This document shows positions 31,768 through 40,945 of a DNA stretch of 64,000 bases, in pieces (position 1 is the first letter of the stretch; every line of letters begins with the position of its first letter). The DNA lies in contig JAYKHS010000004.1 of the NCBI GenBank assembly GCA_035285865.1, forward strand, positions 1 through 64,000, in the 5' to 3' direction. This stretch comes from Candidatus Sericytochromatia bacterium (GTDB lineage: Bacteria; Cyanobacteriota; Sericytochromatia; S15B-MN24; VGJW01). The position numbers and the translations under genes are program-made. The notes under the pieces were generated by a model. That model had not been told where the DNA came from. It did not search any database and saw only the letters and a list, made by a program, of their open reading frames with translations.

Positions 31768-32065
31768 CCGGTCGATACGCCGACCGCCAGCCGTTGGCGG
31801 ATGGCTGGCGCAGGAGCGCTTTGCGAGTCCCATCGTGCACCCCCTTGTCCATGGGTCTGAAGGGAGGCTGACACGCACCTCGGCTTGCCACAAGGCTGCC
31901 TCGCACGTTGTCGCGTTGACGCTTGCATGTTTCCTTGATAAGGTGCGCTGGGTCACGTCATCCGGATTAGGCCGGGTGTATGGTCCGCTTGCCGGTAACG
32001 CCCGAAGAGGCGAACCGGGACACCCGAACCGACAATGGCGTCGGTTCACTCGATGAGGAGGATCC

Positions 32066-32755
32066 ATGTCGTCCAAGCTCTCGCTTTCGCTCGCTGCACT
32101 CGCCGTTGTCGCCACGTCCGCCCCGGCGCTCGCTGCAGCCGACCCCACCCGTTACCTTGATGTCGACCAGGCGCGCGTCCTCGGTACCGGCGTCATGGCC
32201 ACCACGATGGGCACCTCGTCGATGGTTGATTTCCGCTACGGTCTGATGAAGGACACCGAGCTGGCCGTCGGCTACGGACTCAAGGCGGGTGCCGCGCTGG
32301 GTGACGTTGCCAAGGGCGGCTACGATCTGGGCGTGAAGTATTCGCTCGGGAATATCGCGGGCCTTAACGTCGCAGGCAAGCTGGGCGTGATGGCGGCTGA
32401 TCTTTCGGCCCCGACGACCGGTCTTGGCTATGGTGCCTCGCTGCCCCTCGGCCTTGGTCTGGGTGGTCTCAATCTTGACCTTCAGCCCTACATCATGGGG
32501 TCGACCGCGGCCAATGCAGCCATGACGATGGGGACTCGCGTCGGTGTTCGCCAGAACATCTCCAACAACCTCGACCTGCTCGTTCAGGCCGAATACGCGA
32601 TGGTGGGTTCCACGGGCAACGCGTCCGCGCAGACCGGTGTTCGTTACAACCTGGGCGGCGGCGGTTGGCTGGATCTGGGTCTTGTCGACTGGAGCCAGGC
32701 CAGCAACGCCACCACGTGGGGCAAGGTCAGCCTGACTTTCGTCGGCAACCGCTGA
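32066..32755 (+). CDS. Secreted protein, probable outer-membrane beta-barrel
   Basis: Strong SD GAGGAGG, Sec signal ending ALA-A, alternating amphipathic strands rich in G/Y/W. Confidence 0.7.
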   Translation: MSSKLSLSLAALAVVATSAPALAAADPTRYLDVDQARVLGTGVMATTMGTSSMVDFRYGLMKDTELAVGYGLKAGAALGDVAKGGYDLGVKYSLGNIAGLNVAGKLGVMAADLSAPTTGLGYGASLPLGLGLGGLNLDLQPYIMGSTAANAAMTMGTRVGVRQNISNNLDLLVQAEYAMVGSTGNASAQTGVRYNLGGGGWLDLGLVDWSQASNATTWGKVSLTFVGNR

Positions 32756-32774
32756 TTCGGCGTTGACAGTTGCG

Positions 32775-32803
32775 TCCCGTCCGGACCTCGGTCCGGGCGG
32801 GAC
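32775..32803 (+). terminator. Hairpin after the putative outer-membrane protein gene
   Basis: Stem TCCCGTCCGGACC / GGTCCGGGCGGGA. Confidence 0.5.
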
Positions 32804-32834
32804 CTCGCCTTTGGGATGGTAGGATGCCCTCGGC

Positions 32835-33479
32835 ATGGCACTTCGCGATCGGACCTGGGCCCTCCTGTCGGCAGGACTCGCCCTGCTGCTGTCGTGCGCA
32901 CCGGCCAGCCGTGATGTCGGGGCTGTCATCCCGGATGTATCGGCATCCGCAGAACCCTCCCCGACGCCGATGGCCACTCGGGAGGCAGGCTCGCCCCAGC
33001 CCACGCCGACCGCTTCTTCGGCGACGCCTCTGCCCACCCCCGCTGCGCGCACGGGCATGCACGATGCCGTCGGCATCGCAGGCCATCAGGCACCGTTTCC
33101 TCCCGCCTTCATCCAGGCGCTGTGGGTCGTCGAGCCGGACGGTTCGGTGAGGCATCGCCCATCTGGAATCGGGGCCACGCCTTACATGATCGGCGTCTGT
33201 CGGGGACCGATTCTCAGGCTCTCCCCACCCCTTCATCGAGTCACCCCGGCACCGGACGTTTCGCCATCCGCCGTGGCCGGGACCCCCGACCCCCACGACT
33301 GGCACATGGCCTCCGGTGATGCGCTGCAGCGTGAGGTGTGGGAACTCGTCTGGGTCATGATGGAAGGTGCCGGTTGGTGGGAAGGCACGCGCAGCCTGTC
33401 GTTCCGAGCGCCGGACGATCCGGCCCGGGAGATCGCGACGGCCTCGAGTACCGTCCGGATCGTGGTGCGCCCGCTTTAG
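32835..33479 (+). CDS. Hypothetical lipoprotein
   Basis: Lipobox LLSC followed by a Pro/Thr/Ser-rich linker. TGnTAGGAT -10 upstream. Confidence 0.65.
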   Translation: MALRDRTWALLSAGLALLLSCAPASRDVGAVIPDVSASAEPSPTPMATREAGSPQPTPTASSATPLPTPAARTGMHDAVGIAGHQAPFPPAFIQALWVVEPDGSVRHRPSGIGATPYMIGVCRGPILRLSPPLHRVTPAPDVSPSAVAGTPDPHDWHMASGDALQREVWELVWVMMEGAGWWEGTRSLSFRAPDDPAREIATASSTVRIVVRPL

Positions 33480-34579
33480 GCGGGACCGGGCGAGGTTCCC
33501 GTCTTCCGCGTCATGGCCTCGAGTACGCGGCTGGCCATCTCCGGATCGTCAAGACGACCGTGGACGATGGTCACGCCCTTGCCAGGCTTGCTCAGGTATC
33601 GGGCCACGAGGCCCATCTCACGGATCGCGGTGCTGGTCTGTGCAGCGCCCGGCGGCGGCATGGCCGCGAGGCGAACGATGAGCGCGTGGGCCTCTACCCA
33701 GCCCTCAGGACCGGCAGCCACGGTTTCTCCGCCTGCGAGTCGGCCCATGCGGACGACGACGACACGAACGCCGTTGGCGTGGGGGGACAGGAGGACGGCG
33801 TCGACCGGTGCGAGTCGCGCCCATCCCGACAGGCGGGACAGCGCGGCAAGGCCGTCCCGAAGACGGGCCGCCGTCTCGAATTGCAGGCGTTCGGCAGCCG
33901 CCTGCATGCGGGCTTCGAGGGCCGAGACCACGGCGGTCGCCTCGCCTTCCAGCACCCGTACCAGAGTCTCGATGGCCTCCGGATAGGCTTTCTGGCCGGC
34001 AGGCACGCAGGGAGCCATGCATTTCCCGAGCTCGTGGTGCAGGCACGGGGCAGGACCCAGGGGGTCGCAGAGGCGCCAGCGGAGCAGGCGCTGGAGTGCT
34101 GCGAGTGCGTCGTGCAGGGCGCCTTCGGACAGATAGGGGCCGAAGTAGCGGCTGCCGTCCGGAACCAGACGACGCACGACCTGCACCATCGGCCAGGGGT
34201 CCGGGGAGACGCGGACGTAAGCGAAGTGCCTGTCGGTCTTGCCCATGACGTTGTACCTGGGCAGGGCGGCCGAGATGGTCCTGGCTTCCAGGATCAGGGC
34301 TTCGAGTTCGCTCCCCGTTTCCGTATGCGTGACGTGGTGGGCCACGCGGCGGAGCTTGCGCGTGGGCCGCGAGTGCCCACCATCTTTGCCGAGGTAGCTG
34401 CGGACACGCTGACGCAGGTCCTTGGCCTTGCCGACATACAGCAGGCGGCCATCGGCATCTCGAAAGGTATAGATGCCGGGACCGGAGGGCAGCGCCGCGG
34501 CCTGCTCCTCAAGCCGAGCGGGCGGGCGTCTGCTCTTGCCGCGACGTGACACGCCCCAAGCATAGCGGTTCGCTGCCAT
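33476..34579 (-). CDS. GIY-YIG + UVR-domain nuclease (UvrC N-terminal/Cho-like)
   Basis: PGIYTF..LLYVGKAKDLRQRVRSY, EALILE, PRYN, YFGPY, Cys cluster and FETAARLRD motifs. Lacks the UvrC C-terminal half. Confidence 0.88.
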   Translation of the reverse strand: MAANRYAWGVSRRGKSRRPPARLEEQAAALPSGPGIYTFRDADGRLLYVGKAKDLRQRVRSYLGKDGGHSRPTRKLRRVAHHVTHTETGSELEALILEARTISAALPRYNVMGKTDRHFAYVRVSPDPWPMVQVVRRLVPDGSRYFGPYLSEGALHDALAALQRLLRWRLCDPLGPAPCLHHELGKCMAPCVPAGQKAYPEAIETLVRVLEGEATAVVSALEARMQAAAERLQFETAARLRDGLAALSRLSGWARLAPVDAVLLSPHANGVRVVVVRMGRLAGGETVAAGPEGWVEAHALIVRLAAMPPPGAAQTSTAIREMGLVARYLSKPGKGVTIVHGRLDDPEMASRVLEAMTRKTGTSPGPA

Positions 34580-34634
34580 GCATGTTCTTGAACAGGTCTT
34601 GAACGGACCTTAAGTTTCGGGCAGAATGGAAAGC

Positions 34635-35531
34635 ATGCAACTCCTTGGACGCCTGACAGTCTGCGCCTTCGCGCTGACGCTCGCCGGCTGCGGAACCAGC
34701 TCGATCTCCCCGGTCCGGGCTAAGGTGGCTGGCGTGCGGGCTTCGGGCTACGTCGAGGCCGTGCCCGCCCCGGCACTGCTCGAGATGCCTTCGCCGAACC
34801 TGAATGATCGGCCGGAACAGGTCCGCCCGGACTGCGTCGTCTGGCATCACACGGCCTCACGTGCGTCCGCACGGCAGACCGGTCGCTACTTCCAGAATCC
34901 CGAAGCGCAGGTCAGCAGCCACTACATTGTCGATCGCTCCGGTGAGATCATCCGTTCCGTTGCCGATGACCGTCGCTCCTGGCATGCCGGTCCCAGCACC
35001 TATCAGGGACGCGACAACGTCAATGATTTCTCCGTCGGCATCGAGATCTGCAACCTTGGCGACAACGCCGAAGCCTATGCCCCTGCTCAGGTGGCTGCCG
35101 TGGCGCACCTCACGGCGTGGCTCATCGAGACCCACGGCATGGGCCGTACGCGCATTACCCGCCATCGGGACATTGCCGTGCCTTCCGGCCGCAAGACCGA
35201 CACCAGCGACAACTTCCCCTATGCCGAGGCTCTGGATCAGGTTGCCGGGTATCTGGACGGCAAGATCACGCCAATGCCGGCTCCGCCGCCGACGTCGGTG
35301 GACCTCGTGCCGGACAGGGGGTTCCGGATGGTCGTGGTCCCATCGGGACCTCGGACGTGGGAGGAGTTGGCCGATGCCCTTCTGGACAGCCCCTTCCGTG
35401 CTGACGAACTGCGCTTGCTGAATCCGGCCCTGTCCCAGCCCCACGTGGGCCTCGTGGTTCGCATACCCACGGACTATCGGCACTTCGACCGCCTGCACCC
35501 CGACAGCCGACTGATTCCTCTGTTCCGCTGA
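34635..35531 (+). CDS. N-acetylmuramoyl-L-alanine amidase (Amidase_2) lipoprotein with LysM-like C-terminus
   Basis: Lipobox LAGC, VWHHTA, VSSHY, SWHAG, NDFSVGIE, H and RKTD motifs. C-terminal ELRLLNP. Confidence 0.9.
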   Translation: MQLLGRLTVCAFALTLAGCGTSSISPVRAKVAGVRASGYVEAVPAPALLEMPSPNLNDRPEQVRPDCVVWHHTASRASARQTGRYFQNPEAQVSSHYIVDRSGEIIRSVADDRRSWHAGPSTYQGRDNVNDFSVGIEICNLGDNAEAYAPAQVAAVAHLTAWLIETHGMGRTRITRHRDIAVPSGRKTDTSDNFPYAEALDQVAGYLDGKITPMPAPPPTSVDLVPDRGFRMVVVPSGPRTWEELADALLDSPFRADELRLLNPALSQPHVGLVVRIPTDYRHFDRLHPDSRLIPLFR

Positions 35532-35539
35532 TGCATCAA

Positions 35540-35578
35540 GACGACGCCCCCCGGACCGCTTGGCCGGGGGGCGTCGTC
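35540..35578. terminator. Hairpin between convergent amidase and kamA-like genes
   Basis: Stem GACGACGCCCCCCGG / CCGGGGGGCGTCGTC. Confidence 0.75.
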
Positions 35579-35589
35579 GTGACAGGGGC

Positions 35590-36987
35590 TCAGCGGGCGG
35601 CGTCCATGGCCTTGCGTCGGGCCTCGTCCATCATCTCCTCGCGGGTCACGGGGTCCTGCCAGCGCAACTGTGCCTCGGATGACAGGCTCTTGATGGGGTC
35701 GTAGTACATGAACATTTGGCCCGGCTTGACGCTCGGGGCGACATAGACGGCGATGCCGTTGTCCCGGTCGTAGTACTCGAAGCTGTGAACGTCGCGCTTG
35801 CCGCCGCCGCCCGGGGCGTCGCACACGAAGGTCGGCGTGTTGAAGCCCGCCGTCGAGCCGCGGACATATTTCTCGATGTCGAGTGCGGTCTGGACCCGGG
35901 TGCGGAGGTCCTCGACGCCCCGGACCATGTCATGCATGTAGACGTAGTAGGGGTGGACGCCGATGTGGCCCAGACGCTTGACCAGAAGACGCATGGTCTC
36001 GGGGTCGTCATTGACCCCACGGATCAGCACGCTCTGGTTGCGGATGTAGACGCCGCGGCTGATGAGCAGCTGGATGGCCTTCTGCGTGATCCAGGTGATC
36101 TCGCTGGGATTGTTGAAGTGCGTGTGGAGCGCAACTTCCTTGCCCATCGAGCGGGCGAGTTCAGCCATCTCGCAAAGGGCGTCCGTCCAGTCGCCGTGCG
36201 TCAGGATCTTCATCGGCATGACGGCCGGGCCCTTGGTCGCGAAACGGATCCGGCGGATGTTGTCCATCTTGAGCAGGGTCTCGCCGATCTGCCGGATGTT
36301 GCGGGGGGCCAGCTGGTAGGTGTCACCGCCGGAGACGACGATGTCCTCGAGTTCCGGGCGGGAAGCGATGTACTTGAAGGCCTTGGCCCAGCGCTTCGGG
36401 TTGACGCCCAACTGCACCTTCTCGACCTGCTCGGTATCGAGACCGACGGCATAGGAGCGCGTGCAGAAGCGGCAGTAGACCGGACAGGTATCTAGCGGCA
36501 GGAACAGGGCCTTGTCGACGTAGCGATGGGTCAGGCCGGGCACCGGGGCATCTTCCTGCTCGTGCAGCGAGTCAAGCTTGAGCATCGGGTGGTCCGGCGA
36601 CAGTCTGCTGCCTACAGGGATGAACTGGGTCCGGATGGGATCGCGGTAGGGGTCCTGCCAGTCGATGCACGCCAGCATGTAGGGCGAAACCCTGAGGGAC
36701 ATCGGGGCCTTGGCAAAGCCCTCACGCACGTCGTCGACGAAGTCCGAAGGTGCCAGTTCCTGGATGGTCTCGAGCAGCTTGTCCGGGTGCGTGACCGAAT
36801 GCTTGCCCTGCCAGATGTGGTCGAGGAAGGTTGCCTCGTCCACCTCCCGATAGGCAGGGATATCGCGCCAGAACTCGCCTTCACGAAGTTGGCGGTGAAG
36901 CAGTTGATCCGGCTGCACGGCGGGCTTGAGGGGCGTGATCTCCTCATCCGTGTAGGGCGGCATCGTGGGGTCGATGACCTGTGTCAT
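35590..36987 (-). CDS. KamA family radical SAM aminomutase (lysine 2,3-aminomutase-like)
   Basis: CPVYCRFCTR, LTHRY, SGGD, HFNNP, NQSVL, PYY and DAPGGGGK (PLP Lys) motifs. Substrate not determinable. Confidence 0.92.
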   Translation of the reverse strand: MTQVIDPTMPPYTDEEITPLKPAVQPDQLLHRQLREGEFWRDIPAYREVDEATFLDHIWQGKHSVTHPDKLLETIQELAPSDFVDDVREGFAKAPMSLRVSPYMLACIDWQDPYRDPIRTQFIPVGSRLSPDHPMLKLDSLHEQEDAPVPGLTHRYVDKALFLPLDTCPVYCRFCTRSYAVGLDTEQVEKVQLGVNPKRWAKAFKYIASRPELEDIVVSGGDTYQLAPRNIRQIGETLLKMDNIRRIRFATKGPAVMPMKILTHGDWTDALCEMAELARSMGKEVALHTHFNNPSEITWITQKAIQLLISRGVYIRNQSVLIRGVNDDPETMRLLVKRLGHIGVHPYYVYMHDMVRGVEDLRTRVQTALDIEKYVRGSTAGFNTPTFVCDAPGGGGKRDVHSFEYYDRDNGIAVYVAPSVKPGQMFMYYDPIKSLSSEAQLRWQDPVTREEMMDEARRKAMDAAR

Positions 36988-37219
36988 GACAGGGGCCTCC
37001 AGAGAACGGTACGACGGGATGACCTGGGACGTGCGGGGGACGCTCCCCGCGGATCCGTGACCCGTCAGAGTCCGTAGTGGGGGCCGTCACCACGCCGGAA
37101 AGCAGCCGATGTCCGAGGTGCGGACTTCGGTCCGGCAGCCGCCATGGCTGCTGCGGTTCCAAGGCGCATGATCGTCTTCATTAAACCGTTCCTGCCGCTG
37201 TCCGGCAAGCGGTGCGGCG

Positions 37220-37648
37220 CTACTGGTAGACCGCTCCGTCCTTGGTCTTGATCCAGCCGGCATCGAAGGGCTTGTTGGCCTGGTGGGTCCAGTGGATGCC
37301 CCTGTCGCCCCCGGTGTAGAGCGTGCCACGGATCGTCAGGGCATCACCGACTTTCAGGTTCGTGACCTTGGAGCCGTGGTGCGTGTTGTTGGAGACCTCA
37401 TAGACGCCCTCGGAGGTGCCTTTGGTGACGCGCACCATGAAAAGCTGGTGCGGAAGCCCCTGGGTGTCATCCGGCAGGATCTTGGTGACGATGCACTGGA
37501 CCGTCACGAACTTGTGGGCCGGCGGTATGCCAAGGCTCTCGACAATGCCGCTGGCCTGAGCCGTCGGGCGCAGGCTGGCGGGCACAGGAGCGCCACAGGC
37601 TGTCAGGGCCAGCAGGGAAACGAGGGAGGCGGCGATCCACTGGCGCAA
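37220..37648 (-). CDS. DUF3465-like lipoprotein
   Basis: Lipobox LTAC, ILPDDTQGLPHQLF, GIHWTH and GWI motifs. Confidence 0.8.
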   Translation of the reverse strand: MRQWIAASLVSLLALTACGAPVPASLRPTAQASGIVESLGIPPAHKFVTVQCIVTKILPDDTQGLPHQLFMVRVTKGTSEGVYEVSNNTHHGSKVTNLKVGDALTIRGTLYTGGDRGIHWTHQANKPFDAGWIKTKDGAVYQ

Positions 37649-37764
37649 GGTGTTGTCCTCGGGGGGGCGAGGGGGGATGATGGGTGTTATCGGGCCGGCA
37701 TGTCCGAAAGTTGCATGTTTTCGCCGAATTTTAATCTGTTGTTAGTCTGGCCCGGAGGTGGCTG

Positions 37765-38367
37765 ATGACCGTTCCCCAGGCCCGATATCTGACAGGGGCA
37801 GACCGCATGGAGCGCTGCCCCCCGCCCGACGAGCCCGAGATTGCTCTGGTCGGGCGTTCGAATGCCGGCAAGAGCTCGACGGTGAACATGCTGACCCACC
37901 GTCATCGGCTGGCTCGCGTGGGCGGCAAGCCCGGTGTGACGACCCTGCTGCATTTCTTCGCGCTCGATGGCGGCATCCGTCTGGTCGATCTGCCGGGCTA
38001 CGGTTACGCAAGGGTCTCTCGAGACGCAAGACAGGCGTGGCAGGGGCTCATCGAGGCTTACCTCAAGGAACGGCCGAATCTGGCCGGTGTGCTGTGGGTC
38101 GCCGATGGCCAACGGCCGCCGGACGCGCTCGACCACATGATGGTGGGTTGGCTGCGCGCCCATGACCGGCCGTTCCTGTTGCTGCTCAACAAGGCTGACA
38201 AGATGACCAATGCGGAGCGCGGGCGCCAGCAGAAGCTTTGGGCTGAAACACTGGACCTCTACAGCAGCGACGAGATGATGCTCTTCTCGGCCGAGAAGGG
38301 CACCAACAGCCAGAAGGTCTGGGCCTGGATCCGGGCAAAGGCCGGCGCGGCCAACGGTCAGGGTTGA
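37765..38367 (+). CDS. engB: Ribosome biogenesis GTPase YihA/YsxC
   Basis: GRSNAGKSS, DLPGYGYA, NKADK and FSA motifs. Confidence 0.95.
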   Translation: MTVPQARYLTGADRMERCPPPDEPEIALVGRSNAGKSSTVNMLTHRHRLARVGGKPGVTTLLHFFALDGGIRLVDLPGYGYARVSRDARQAWQGLIEAYLKERPNLAGVLWVADGQRPPDALDHMMVGWLRAHDRPFLLLLNKADKMTNAERGRQQKLWAETLDLYSSDEMMLFSAEKGTNSQKVWAWIRAKAGAANGQG

Positions 38368-39308
38368 GTTTCGGAGGGCGCGCCTTCGCCTGTCGGCCCG
38401 AGCACGTCGGGAGCGTGGGGACCGTCATCTGTCGCACGTTCGGTCACGGTTGCCGCAGCAAGGTTCGGGGCCGTCGCCATCGTTCCCGGCACGAAACGCT
38501 CCGGGGGCCGGTGCCCGCGGAGCCACGCCCAAGTCATGAAGGCGAGGCCACCGATGACCATGGGTAGGCTGAGCAGTTGCCCCATCGAGAACGGACCGAA
38601 GACATGGCCGGCAGGGTTGGTGGCGGTGATGAACTGCGGGTCGGGATTCCGGAAGAGCTCGATGGTCATGCGTATGCTGCCATAGCCCAGAAGGAACAGG
38701 CCGATGAGCGCGCCGTGGGGCAGGCGCTTGCGCCCGAGGTACAGCATGATCGCCAGCAGGCCGACGCCTTCCAGCAGCAGTTCATAGAGCTGCGAAGGAT
38801 GCCGCGGCAGCGGTCCGCCCGTGGGGAAGACCATGCCCCATGGCAGTTCGGTGGGCTTGCCCCAGAGTTCACCGTTGATGAAGTTGCCGAGGCGTCCGAG
38901 GCCGAGGCCGGCAGGAACGCCCACGACCACGGCGTCGCACATCTGGATGTAGTCGACACCTTTGCGGCGACACCAGAGCCAGCCGGCGATGAACGTGCCC
39001 AACAGACCGCCATGGAAGGCCATCCCGCCATGCCACACCGCGAGGATCTCGAGCGGGTTGCTGAGGTACTGACCGGGATTGTAGAAAAGGATGTAGCCGA
39101 GGCGCCCGCCAAGCACCACTCCGAGAATGGCGTAACCCAGGAAGTCGCCGACCTCCTCCGCATCCAGCACCAAGCCCCGCCATCCGGTCGAGGCCTTGAG
39201 GATGAGGTACTCGCACCAGAAGGCCAGCAGGTACATGATGCCGTACCAGTGGACCTTGACCGGGCCCAGGCTGACGGCTACGGGATCGATGCTCGGGAAG
39301 GTGATCAC
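38358..39308 (-). CDS. lgt: Prolipoprotein diacylglyceryl transferase
   Basis: HWYGIMY, GGRLGY, GGMAFHGG, GRLGNFINGELWG and RHPSQLYE motifs. Confidence 0.97.
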   Translation of the reverse strand: MITFPSIDPVAVSLGPVKVHWYGIMYLLAFWCEYLILKASTGWRGLVLDAEEVGDFLGYAILGVVLGGRLGYILFYNPGQYLSNPLEILAVWHGGMAFHGGLLGTFIAGWLWCRRKGVDYIQMCDAVVVGVPAGLGLGRLGNFINGELWGKPTELPWGMVFPTGGPLPRHPSQLYELLLEGVGLLAIMLYLGRKRLPHGALIGLFLLGYGSIRMTIELFRNPDPQFITATNPAGHVFGPFSMGQLLSLPMVIGGLAFMTWAWLRGHRPPERFVPGTMATAPNLAAATVTERATDDGPHAPDVLGPTGEGAPSETQP

Positions 39309-39347
39309 GTGATCATGGGGCCATCCACCCCCGGGGGCGTCAAGGGA

Positions 39348-39629
39348 TCAGGCGATCCGGAGGCCAGTGCGACCCTCTTCCCATGAATCCGCCAGGCGCG
39401 TAGCCAGATCGGCGAGCGAGGCATGGGGCGTGCGTTCGACCATCCGGGCATAACGGCGCAAAAGGGCCACCTTGTGGTCGGCCTCGCGGCTGTTGTCGAA
39501 GATCAGATCTGCAACGGCGCTCCAGAAGGCCACGGTGCGTTCGGTGCCGATTGGATCGGCCACGACGGAGATCGCGATGGCGCGGGGGAGGCTGGCGGGG
39601 CGGGCGTTCTGTGCGTTCATCTTGTACAT
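39348..39629 (-). CDS. Small hypothetical protein
   Basis: GC3-biased ORF. GAGG SD fits ATG 39620. AT-rich promoter region upstream. Confidence 0.6.
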   Translation of the reverse strand: MYKMNAQNARPASLPRAIAISVVADPIGTERTVAFWSAVADLIFDNSREADHKVALLRRYARMVERTPHASLADLATRLADSWEEGRTGLRIA

Positions 39630-39720
39630 CCTCGACTCTCAGGTTAAGGGAAGGTTGTCAAGAAGCCGACAAGAAAGTGTCAAGCAAAGATTAAATCCAG
39701 CGTAAAAGATTAACCTGTCC

Positions 39721-40143
39721 TTACCGTTCAGCGTGCATGGTAGCGGGCAAGCGGCCTGTGCGGGCCAGAACGGATCGGCATTTGGCCACGAGAATTCTCG
39801 GGTCGACGGGCTTGGCCACCACATCCCAGGCACCTGCCTCGTAGGCTGCCACGGTCTGGTCCGCCCCGAGGAAGCCGGTCAGGAACAGGACGGGCACCGA
39901 TGAACCGAGACGCCCCGCCTCGCGAAGCCGTACATAGGCCTCGAGGCCGCTCTCTCCGGGCATGTCGGCATCGAGGAATACGAGGGCGGGCTCGTTCGCG
40001 CGCAGCCAGTTCTCGAACTGCTCGGAAGACGTGAAGAGGAACGTCCGGAAGCCGGTCCGCTCGAGCAACGTGGCCAATCCCTTGACCTGGCGCGAGTCGT
40101 CCTCGACGAGGGCGATGGCCGCTGGACTCGCCGGATGTGTCAC
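39721..40143 (-). CDS. Single-domain response regulator
   Basis: LVEDD, FLDADMPG, FLT and KP motifs. GTGA overlap with the PP2C gene. Confidence 0.88.
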   Translation of the reverse strand: MTHPASPAAIALVEDDSRQVKGLATLLERTGFRTFLFTSSEQFENWLRANEPALVFLDADMPGESGLEAYVRLREAGRLGSSVPVLFLTGFLGADQTVAAYEAGAWDVVAKPVDPRILVAKCRSVLARTGRLPATMHAER

Positions 40144-40853
40144 GCACCCACGACCAGAATGAGCGTGATGTTGTCGCGACCGCCGCGCTCGATCGCGAGG
40201 TCCACGAGTCGGTCGCAGATTTCCGCGGGGTCCTCGTCCTGTGCCGCAGCGGCCAGGATCTCCTCGGGACGGGCAAATCGCGTCAGGCCGTCCGTGCAAA
40301 GCACCAGGCGGTCCTCGGGGCGCCAATCCAGCGTCAGGATGTCCACCTCGATGCTGGGGTGCTGGCCAAGGCTCCGCAGAATGGTGTTGCGCAGCGGATG
40401 GGTCTCCGCGGCTTCGGCGGGGATGGCTCCGCGCTTCACGAGTTCCTGGACCATGGAATGGTCCTCGGTGAGTTGGATGATCCGACCTTCGCGCACCAGA
40501 TAGACCCTTGAATCGCCTACGTGGCCGATGGCGCAGCGGTCATCTTCTATCAGCGCGGCCACGACGGTGGTGCCCATGCCCCTGAGTGCAGGGTCCAGCC
40601 CTGCAGAAGTCGAAATCCTTTGGTTTGCCGCGACAACAGCAGCGAACATCGCGTCCGCGGCATCTTGGTCCTGTTGCCGGTCCTCGAGTCCGGCCATGAT
40701 GGTATCCACGGCCATGCGGCTTGCGACCTCGCCTGCGGCGTGCCCGCCCATGCCGTCGGCCACGACGAAGATGCCCCGCTCCAGGTCGAAACCCATGGCG
40801 TCTTCGTTGGTCTTTCGGACCTTGCCGATGTCGGTCCGTCCGCCGACCCGCAC
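40140..40853 (-). CDS. PP2C-family Ser/Thr phosphatase (Stp1/PrpC-like)
   Basis: RKTNED, ADGMGGH, HVGDSR, TEDHS, CTDGL and GGRDNIT motifs. Confidence 0.95.
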   Translation of the reverse strand: MRVGGRTDIGKVRKTNEDAMGFDLERGIFVVADGMGGHAAGEVASRMAVDTIMAGLEDRQQDQDAADAMFAAVVAANQRISTSAGLDPALRGMGTTVVAALIEDDRCAIGHVGDSRVYLVREGRIIQLTEDHSMVQELVKRGAIPAEAAETHPLRNTILRSLGQHPSIEVDILTLDWRPEDRLVLCTDGLTRFARPEEILAAAAQDEDPAEICDRLVDLAIERGGRDNITLILVVGA

Positions 40854-40945
40854 GCATGCCTCCCTTGGTGGCCCAGTCCTAGGAAGAATAGCAGAAACAC
40901 CGGAGACGCTTGGTGACGTGCGTCCCTACGGTGTACGCTCCCCCC

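Noticed and set aside
36988..37185. Canonical lysine, SAM-I or cobalamin riboswitch
   Set aside because: The consensus elements could not be found. Kept only as an unclassified structured leader.
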